From: Eledone cirrhosa
Lineage: Eukaryota
Direction of reading: 5' to 3'
Assembly: GCA_964016885.1 (NCBI GenBank)
Contig: OZ024741.1
Coordinates: 106,392,001-106,456,000 of the forward strand
DNA length: 64,000 nt
The translations under genes and the position numbers were made by a program. The notes below the pieces were generated by a model, which saw nothing but the letters and a program-made list of their open reading frames with translations, made no database searches and was not told the DNA's origin. Shown in pieces: positions 55,247-64,000 of the stretch (position 1 is its first letter; each line of letters begins with the position of its first letter).

Positions 55247-57151
55247 ATGTTAAACGCAGCGAACGAAAATAGTGGTGGTGGGACAGCGGTAAGAGTTGTA
55301 AGCTCGCACGCTTTAGTCCTCCCTTCCTTCCCAACTAACGTCATAGAGAAGGAAGGAAAAATTAAAATAAAAACGGACGAATCTGCGGAAAAAAAATTAA
55401 ATGACGAAAACATAAATCTGGACTTGGATTCCAACAACGAAAAAAAAAAATTTGAAAAATTGCATGACAATACTAATAACACAAACAAAGACACAACAAA
55501 CAAAAAAATAACAGTTGAAAATAACACCATATCAGAAAACAAAGCAGACGACAAGATTTCATTTGCACAGAAAACAAAGAAATCTTTGACTTATATAGCG
55601 GAAAACATTTCAGATGTGGTACGAAGGATCACGGACGCCAAACAATACATAAGTGAAGGTGAGAATGGTATTTTATCGGTAAAAATGCCTCAAGAATTCA
55701 CGAAAGACATTGAAAGCCGAACGGTCAAGTTTCGGACCATCAACAACAGTACAAAAAAACCTGAACAGCCTTCTCAAGCAGATATCAAAACAGTACTCAC
55801 AGAAGTACTGAATGAAACAACTTTCATAAGAAAAGACAGACTGTATGGAAGCCTAGCAATTATCATGAAGAACGAATCGGCGGCAAAAAAATGTGCTTTG
55901 TCACCGATTCGTTCGAAAAATTTCACCTTTTATCCATCTTATATGGGGAAAAGAACTCAACGCATATGGCTGGATGCAATGATGCCAGATGTGGACTACT
56001 GCTGGCTCATAGCTGGTTTCATTGATCCAGTGAATGACAACGTGATTTCCATTGGGAAAACCACAGGCAATGCGTTCAGTGGAACAGGTATAGAGCTGGT
56101 AGTACAAATGAAGCCTGAACGCATCGCCCAAATACCCGACAGAATCCTATTAGAGGACCACGGGTATATAAACATTAGTGTGGAGGGGAGAAGGCCGTCC
56201 TGCCATATCTGTGCAGGCAGAGGGCACCTGAAGGCCGCTTGTCCCCAACTCAACAAAAAGAAAACCCTGCTACCAACACAGGCTCCACCACCACCACCAC
56301 CACAACAGATAAACAAACAACAAAACTCAGTCCCACCCAACCCGTCCCTCAGTAAAACCACAACACCACCACAACACAAACAGTCACAACACATTACCCC
56401 AAAACAAAATACAGGCCCACCCAACCTCTCACTCAATAAAACAACACAACCACCGCAGACACAACACACAACACAGTCTAACATAGTGACATCCATCTCC
56501 CCCACAAAGAAAACCAACACGGAAACATTACCAGCAAACATACCTCTTCCCTCCAACACTGAAGATAACCCAACGAATTCGGAGGAAGAAATGGAGTCCT
56601 TCAGACAGATTAAAAGGAAAAAAAGAAAACATGTGCAAAACACACAAGGACAAACAACCCCCACCCAAATCGCAACACAATCCAACAAAACAGAAAACAC
56701 CCCTCCAGCAACAAACAAAACCAAACCTGCCCCTCCCCTCTTCGAAACACTCACACCATCGGAAAAAAAGACATTACACTATACTTACATCAACAGAAAC
56801 AACAATAAATTAAATGAACTCATATACAATAATCCTTCGGTACAAACCGAAGGTGTAAACTTTGTTTCGTCAGAAAACCACCCACATTTAAAACTAATAA
56901 AAATCCCAATGAACCTCTACCAAAAACTAAAAAAGGATTTTAAGGAGGACGTAGGACCACCCTCTGTCAAACCCATAAACCGCGTCCTACTAAAAAGCTT
57001 TCCCCCTCCCCTTCCCCTCCCCAACACAACTCCAAACACCCCAACCCCACCACACACTGACGACCCCACACCACCACAAGACACCCCTTCACCCAACACC
57101 CCCGACCCCATGGAAGTCGTGCAACCCGAACCCCGGGAAGCGGAAAGGTAG
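55247..57151 (+). CDS. ORF1 nucleic-acid-binding protein with CCHC zinc knuckle
   Basis: CHICAGRGHLKAAC (C-x2-C-x4-H-x4-C); Pro/Thr/Gln-rich C-terminal half; intact 634 aa. Confidence 0.9.
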   Translation: MLNAANENSGGGTAVRVVSSHALVLPSFPTNVIEKEGKIKIKTDESAEKKLNDENINLDLDSNNEKKKFEKLHDNTNNTNKDTTNKKITVENNTISENKADDKISFAQKTKKSLTYIAENISDVVRRITDAKQYISEGENGILSVKMPQEFTKDIESRTVKFRTINNSTKKPEQPSQADIKTVLTEVLNETTFIRKDRLYGSLAIIMKNESAAKKCALSPIRSKNFTFYPSYMGKRTQRIWLDAMMPDVDYCWLIAGFIDPVNDNVISIGKTTGNAFSGTGIELVVQMKPERIAQIPDRILLEDHGYINISVEGRRPSCHICAGRGHLKAACPQLNKKKTLLPTQAPPPPPPQQINKQQNSVPPNPSLSKTTTPPQHKQSQHITPKQNTGPPNLSLNKTTQPPQTQHTTQSNIVTSISPTKKTNTETLPANIPLPSNTEDNPTNSEEEMESFRQIKRKKRKHVQNTQGQTTPTQIATQSNKTENTPPATNKTKPAPPLFETLTPSEKKTLHYTYINRNNNKLNELIYNNPSVQTEGVNFVSSENHPHLKLIKIPMNLYQKLKKDFKEDVGPPSVKPINRVLLKSFPPPLPLPNTTPNTPTPPHTDDPTPPQDTPSPNTPDPMEVVQPEPREAER

Positions 57152-57184
57152 GTCTCTACTCTCTCCTTTGGCTTTGCCGCCCAC

Positions 57185-60100
57185 ATGGATGTGTTAAGAG
57201 TAGGATGTTTGAATGCACGTGGCCTGGGCTCAACTTGGAAGCAAGCAAAGCTTCTAAATGACCTCAGGTCATGTAGTATAAATGTAATGGTTATCTGTGA
57301 GACTCGAATCAGCGTCGTGCGGCAGCTGGCCCCCACCTTCGATGACTTTGAGGTGCATGCATCTCTCTGTCAACCTGGAGGTGGGGGTGGGGTTGTCGTA
57401 CTGCTGCAAAAACACCTGGGTCTTGCCGTACAGGTTGTGCACTCGGACCCGGAGGGTCGTTTGTTGGTGCTAGACGTTGGCAGTAGTGAAAGTGCGGCCT
57501 TGAGACTGGTCGCCGTCTACTCCCCTTTCGGAGCTGAACGGCCCAACTTCTTCCAGCGTTTGGAGACTTTTCTGGGAACGTCGCGTTCCCTGCTTCTAGC
57601 GGGGGATTGGAATGACATCCTGGATGCACGTTGGGACTATGCAGGAGCATGTCCTAATAGAGGGGGGTGTAACAGCCTCAAGGGGTTACTCGACCGTTTT
57701 AACTTGGTCGATAGATATCGACTAGATTTTCCAACTGTGCCTACCTGGACTTGGAGAAACCACAGTGGTCAATCTAGATCGTACTTAGATAGATTCTTAG
57801 TTAGAAGTAAGGATAGGGACATATTAAGCTGTCCAGAAATGCGCACGGTTGGCTACACGGATCACAAATTAGTGACCTGCGTGGTCAATCTCGAGAAAAC
57901 ACATAGACAGGGTCCCGGTTACTGGAAACTTAATTTGTCTTTACCGGCAAAAGAGACTTACAGAAACCGGATTAGCAGATTAGTTAAGGAGAGGTTGACG
58001 GGTGCAATCGTCAACAACCGATGGTGGGCATCTCTCAAAAGAGAGATTAGAACAGAATCAATAAGTTATAGCAAGATGTTAGCTGCCGATAGGAATAGAA
58101 ACGAGAAAGAATTAACAGGTAAATTAGAAGAGGCAATCAAGAGCGAAGATGTGGCCAGAGTGCTGGCATCGAGGACGGCCTTGAACCAGTTTTTCGATGC
58201 AAAACACGAAGGCTGCGTCATTCGAAGTAAAATACGTGCTCTAGGTAATGAGGGGGCCAAAGCCGTTGGATGGGCCCGCGCGACAGAAGCTAAGAGTGGA
58301 AATCGATCCACCATCCGGTCGTTGCGAGACGAAGATGGACGAGTGATCCGGGAGCCTAAGCAGATGTGCGAGGCCTTTCAAAAGCACTTTGCCCGATTGT
58401 TCGGGGGAGGCGAGGGTCCGGGCCGGGGCGTGGATTTCGGTCCATACCTCGACGGCCTGCCGCGTCTCTCGAACGAAGAGGCAGAGTCCTGCGAGGGACC
58501 AATCTCGGCTGATGAGATCGGAGATGCGCTGAGCCAATGCAGCAGACGCAAATCTCCAGGTCTCGATGGTATACCTTACGAACTTTATTTAGCAATGCCG
58601 GTCTTCTTCTCCGAACTCCTCGAAGCGGTCTACTGCAATTGGCAGCAGAACGGGAGAATTCCTTGTTCTGTAGCCAAGGGCGTAGTCACGCTGGTGAGGA
58701 AGGACGAGAACAAGGGGGATAGTATAAATAATTTTCGGCCCATAACCCTGCTAAACACAGAGTTAAAGATTTTGGCCAAGGTGTTAGCAAAGAGGTTGGC
58801 GCTTGTCGTGGGTGGCCTGGTTGGAGATGCGCAGACATGTGCTATCCCATCCAGGTCCATTCACGATAACCTCCACCTCATGCGATACATCATAGAGAGG
58901 GTTGGCAACAAACCCGGCTTCGGTGGGGCCCTGATCAACTTGGATCAGTCTAAGGCCTTCGATAGGGTCGACCATGGTTACCTGGATGCGGTACTAGCGG
59001 CGGCTGGGTTCGGTCCTGTTTTCAGAGGCTGGATCACTGTCCTACATAGCAACCACATCTGTTCTAGGATCAAGGTGAACGGCTACCTTTCGAAGCCGTT
59101 CGAAATCACACGATCCATTCGACAGGGGTGCCCTCTCTCCTCCCTTCTGTACGTATTGACTCTCGAGCCTTTACTGAGGAAGTTGGAGTTGTTGCAGGGT
59201 ATCCCCCTGGAACCAGGATTGAGCAAAGCGGTGTCGGCCTACGCCGATGACGTAACAGTAATGGTATCAACCGACTCGGAGATCGAGGCGATCGGTACCT
59301 TACTGGAGGAGTACGAAAGGTTGTCAGGAGCGAAACTGAACCGGGAAAAATCCATCGGGCTGCAACTCGGAACGTGGAGAGGCAAACCGATGCCTCCTGA
59401 CGGTGTCGTCGGACACTGGACGGAGGGCCCGGTAAAGTTGCTTGGGGTCTGGTTTGGACCGGACCTCCAGGTGGAAAAGAACTGGAACGAGGTTACGAAC
59501 AAGGTGTTTGCACTAACCCAGAAATGGGCCAAGTGTAAGCTGTCCCTAAAAGGCCGGGCGGAGGTGGCGAACATTTACATAGCGTCCGTCACTTACTACC
59601 GCCTGACTGTCGTGCCTTGCCCTAAGGAAACACTCACCACCATGGAACGCATGCTCTTCCAATTTCTTTGGAAGAAGCGTCCTCCTATGGTGAGAAGATC
59701 CATCTGCTGCCAACAACCTTCGAAAGGAGGGCTGGGGATGCCGTGGTTGATGATGCGTAGGCACGCATTAAGGCTACGGCACCTACAGGTATTCCTCACT
59801 GGTCAACCGGTGTGGGCTCCGTTCGTGAAACGAGCCTTTCTGAGACTCGTCTCACTCACCGAGCTACAGTCCTGGGTCAAGCAAAGATCCGGAAAACTGG
59901 GAGACTGGCACACTGAGTGTGCTCAGGCGCTCAGGGCTCTCTGGCAAGCGGGCCAGGCCATCGGTGGAGAATCCACCTCATCATTCTATAGAGGGCTGGT
60001 GGCTAGCAGGGCGATGACACCCTTGGAGAGTCGCTGGACATGGAAGAAGACGAACTGGCCAGCCTGTTCGGTAGGACTTTCGGCCCAGGACCAATGGACA

Positions 60101-60621
60101 ACTTCCAGAAGTCACTGGCCTGGCAGTGCTACCGAGGGGCTCTACCCGTTCGAGAGAGGCTCTACAGACACGGGCGCCCGGGCAGGGATCCCTCAAAAAA
60201 GATTTGCCCTAGATGCGTGCGTCACGAAGAAACCGTAGCGCACGCATTGGTGCAATGTCCGGGCGTGGCTGATCTGTGGGGCTACGCCGAACAACTGCTG
60301 TCGCGGGTGGCGCCGATTAAATTGACCGCCGAGTCCGTGATGACAATCAAACCGCCTCCCCTCTTCACAAAGGAAGCAAAGGCGGTTTTTCTGTGCGTAA
60401 TAGCCATGTTGAAAGAGGTTGTCTGGTGGACACGATTGAAAGGTCTGAGGTCAGGCAACTTCCTCTCTGGCCATAGTCTGGTCTACTTCTTCCGATATCA
60501 CTTCGGAAGGAGGATAAGAATGGAGAGAGAGGTGCTTGGCCACAGGCAGTTTTATGAAAGGTGGGTGATAGTGGCGAGAATGGCTCGTGTAAATGGGCCT
60601 TCTCTGTATACCATCCTGTAG
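57185..60621 (+). CDS. ORF2: AP endonuclease + reverse transcriptase + C-terminal Zn motif; one 1-nt frameshift at ~60011
   Basis: CLNARG, GDWN, SYLDRF, TDHK, GYWKLN; LDQSKAFD, RQGCPLS, AYADD; CPRC...ETVAHALVQC in ORF 60040-60621. Confidence 0.93.
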
Positions 60622-60835
60622 GTAAAGAAGTAAAGGAGAGGGGAGCACCTTCTCCATGTGCTCCCCGGGCAAAGGATTGCACACTTTTTCGGGGGTGTGT
60701 GCAACCCCCATCACGTCCCCTCCCTTTTGAGGTTATTTTCGATTATTTTCATGTTACACCCTTTTTACTCGATTATATGTAAACTCCCCCTTTGTATTTG
60801 TCCCTTCTTTTTATGCCTTTATGGTAAATAAAGAA

Positions 60836-60836
<1 letters not shown>

Positions 60837-60881
<45 letters not shown>

Positions 60882-60923
60882 ATCTATCTATCTACTTATC
60901 GATTTGTATGTATATTCCAATGT

Positions 60924-61020
<97 letters not shown>
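60837..61020. repeat. (TCTA)n then (CA)n microsatellites, right flank of the Tx1 element
   Basis: Direct reading. Confidence 0.95.
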
Positions 61021-61021
<1 letters not shown>

Positions 61022-61325
61022 CTCTATCCAGGTTTTCACGTGCCATGGTGGCCTCTCTGTCCGCAATCTTTGCGGCACCTTTTTACCACCGTCGTAAAAA
61101 AAACCTTCTGGATTATCTCCCTTTCCCTTCTCCTATATATATGCATATATATATATATAAATGGAAAAAATGAAATTTCATTTCTCACTCTTAGTACGGC
61201 TGATACTTAAATATAAGTATGTATACGTACATATATATACATGTATACAGACATACAGTAGTATATATATACATACATACATGCACACATACATATATGT
61301 ACGTATGGGTTTACCGAACATTTGT

Positions 61326-61361
<36 letters not shown>

Positions 61362-61963
61362 CCGACACACACACATATATATATATATATACATATTATG
61401 TCAGGTCGCTCTCGAGTGCTACTGGTAACATGTAACCCAGTACAACCTGTCTCATGGTCAGGTCGTCGGTGACTAAACAAGCTTGGTGAGGATGCCGGTG
61501 AGGAGGGTGAACTTTGGACACCCTGCGGGATGAAATACAAGACCCGGTAAAGGGTGGAGGAACTCAGCAGAGTCAACGGCCATCCAAATAATATTTTTTT
61601 TAAGCTGTCGTTGAATTTTCCATGGTAAACATTTGCACCGAAGATATGTGTTGTCAGTTCCAAAAAGTATTGTTGATCCTACACAAGCCTTCACCACTTA
61701 AAACAAAACTTTGTGTGGGTAGATCAACATCAGTCCACTTTCTCACATTTCCGCCAGTCTTTTGCAGGTGGAGTCCGTAGGTGATAGGGTGACAGTGACG
61801 GGGACAGGTAGAGGATACTACTGGAAGTCACTAGCTGGAGCTCTGCACTATGGTGACTGCTGTGTGATGGACGTTCTAGCACAAACTGTCACTGGCGGGA
61901 TTGAAATTTCACGTGAGATACCGCCATCCAGAGAGCTGAGCTTTTGTTGGACACTCATACGTC

Positions 61964-62078
<115 letters not shown>

Positions 62079-62157
62079 TTCTTAAAGCACTGAAACAACG
62101 TATCTCTAGCGGTATTCGTTCATTTTCCTGTCTTCGCCCGAATTTCTATTCATTAAA

Positions 62158-62225
<68 letters not shown>

Positions 62226-62235
62226 TCTCCCCCTC

Positions 62236-62324
<89 letters not shown>

Positions 62325-62339
62325 TTATATATATATTTT

Positions 62340-62980
62340 ATTTGCGAAAAATATAAGATTGATGAAAATGGCACTCTCCAAGACAATTCTAAAATCACGG
62401 AGGAGATACTGCAGAAACAATACTTCTCTGTTTTCAACAATCCTGATGTGGCTGATTCGGGCTACATCAGTGATGTTAATTCCGGACACACTATATCATA
62501 ACGTTTGGCGCTCCTGATGTCTTAGCGGCAATAAACAGCAATCTGCTGAACTCCAGCCAACATGGGTTCCGTAATGGAAGGGGCTGCCTAACGCAGCTCC
62601 TGCATCACTTTGATGACACTTTAAGAGCTTTGGGAGAGGGCTTCAACACTGATGTCATATATTTTGATTTCAATAAGGCTTTTGACAGGGTTGATCACAA
62701 CATCCTATTGAAAAAACTATTCAGCATTGGTGTCTCTGGAAAATTACTGCAATGGATCAAGTGTTTCCTGACAAACGGAGTCCAACATGTAGTCGAAGGA
62801 GTACAATCCAGCCCAGCCAAAGTCAATAGTGGTGTCCCACAAGGCACTGTGTTGGGTCCACTTCTTTTCATTATCTATATTAATGACATTACAAACAAGC
62901 ACAGCAGCATAAGAATCTTCGCAGATGATTCCTAGCTCCAGAAGGTCATCAATGGCGTGGGTGACCGGATATGCCCCCAA
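62340..62980 (+). mobile_element. Decayed, internally deleted CR1-type LINE RT fragment
   Basis: QHGFRNGRGCLTQLL, DVIYFDFNKAFDRVDH, SGVPQGTVLGPLLF, IFADD followed by a stop. Confidence 0.88.
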
Positions 62981-63519
62981 TAGATTACACATCTATTTTA
63001 TTTTAGTAAGATGAGAATAAGCTATAAACCAGAGTCTTCTTAGCAAAGAATTGAACAAATCTGCCTAATGGATAATCTGGTTTTCAGTAACACTAGTCAT
63101 TGAAAGACTTTAGTGGGCTGCAATTAGTCGGACTTTGTGTTTAGTTTTTGTGTCATTGAGAGAGAGATTTTGTGGAGACCACTAAGCTGCAAATATTAGG
63201 ACCATGTCTACAGTTTGCAGGTCATTGAGAGACTTTAGTAGAATTCTAGTGGATTTCGGAATATATATGAATCCATTTCTGTTTGGAATGAGATTGAATT
63301 TCAAAAACCAAAATTTAAGTTTACCCTGAAGTTGTCTCAACATTACTGTATGGATCCGAATTGTGAACACCATATAAAAGACATAAGATGTAGATAAATA
63401 CTTTCTACAAGAGATGTCTTAGAAATATCTGTGGTTTTGTATGAAAAGACAAAGTCTCAAATGAACAGTTGTTTTATAAATGTGAAATAGTGAGCTTTTT
63501 CTTGCAGTCCCAATGTTGC

Positions 63520-63640
63520 TACGATGAATGATGAAAGACTGCCGAAAATTCTCATGGTCAACTTCAGGCAGGGGTGCGAAACGTATGAAAACCTCATTTT
63601 ATATACAAGAGCAAGCTGAAAGATAATATCAAACCTATTG
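63520..63640 (+). mobile_element. Highly decayed RTE-like C-terminal fragment
   Basis: MNDERLPKIL...YKSKLKDNIK-like remnant with frameshifts. Confidence 0.45.
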
Positions 63641-63809
63641 GAAAACCAGCATCAGAATTTGAAGAATGTTTAAAAGAGAAACTTCATTATCTCATACATA
63701 ATATATACACTCTTCTAATTACAAACATACAACATACATATACTATGATAAGTACACATTTCCTTGAAAACCAGCCTGTTATAGTGATAGTAACAAAATT
63801 ACTGTGTAA

Positions 63810-63870
<61 letters not shown>

Positions 63871-64000
63871 CTGGGTATTATTCATATATGTGTAACAATT
63901 AACATTTTTTATATATTAAAAATATCTCCACTATTATTTCTAATTAGTTGACACTTTTCACTTCTCGATAAACTTAGGTCCATAGGCGACGAACACATGC

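Larger units (their letters stand above)
55009..60836 (+). mobile_element. L1/Tx1-clade non-LTR retrotransposon, apparently full length
   Basis: 5' UTR, ORF1, ORF2 (APE-RT-CCHC), pyrimidine-rich 3' UTR ending aataaagaaa; (TCTA)n on both sides. Confidence 0.93.

Noticed and set aside
55996-60714. Antisense ORFs over the Tx1, RTE and PLE coding regions
   Set aside because: Shadow ORFs from codon and composition bias of the sense ORFs; no domain motifs
61400-61960. Possible LINE 5' UTR with ribozyme, or host exon
   Set aside because: GC-richer island with small hairpins, but no motif, ORF homology or second copy in the window to support a call

Overview
This is eukaryotic, repeat-saturated DNA with no recognisable host gene. 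The SINEs resemble cephalopod types, so an Octopus-like source is inferred, not shown. Roughly a third of the window is kb-scale interrupted (TA)n microsatellite, which explains nearly all the [12 protein letters not shown] ORFs in the track. Between the arrays lie retroelements: several Penelope-like elements (PLEs; Neptune-like, Naiad-like and one unassigned family), a near-intact RTE LINE with a PHD finger inside its RT, a near full-length L1/Tx1 element sitting in (TCTA)n, decayed RTE/CR1 pieces, tRNA-derived SINEs and two MITEs. The main hidden signal is at the RNA level. I read about 18 type I hammerhead ribozyme (HHR) motifs, from about 9 sequence families, by eye. They occur in PLE terminal repeats, in non-coding fold-back palindromes with one ribozyme per strand, and in a 591-bp tandem repeat resembling a retrozyme (candidate circular RNA) with a U3-A8 core variant. 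Other leads: a phased U UUU UUA -1 frameshift site in the Neptune-like PLE, a SINE sharing both ends with the neighbouring RTE LINE, and ORF1/ORF2 of the Tx1 element separated in frame by a single UAG. All structures were assigned by eye and need computational and experimental confirmation.
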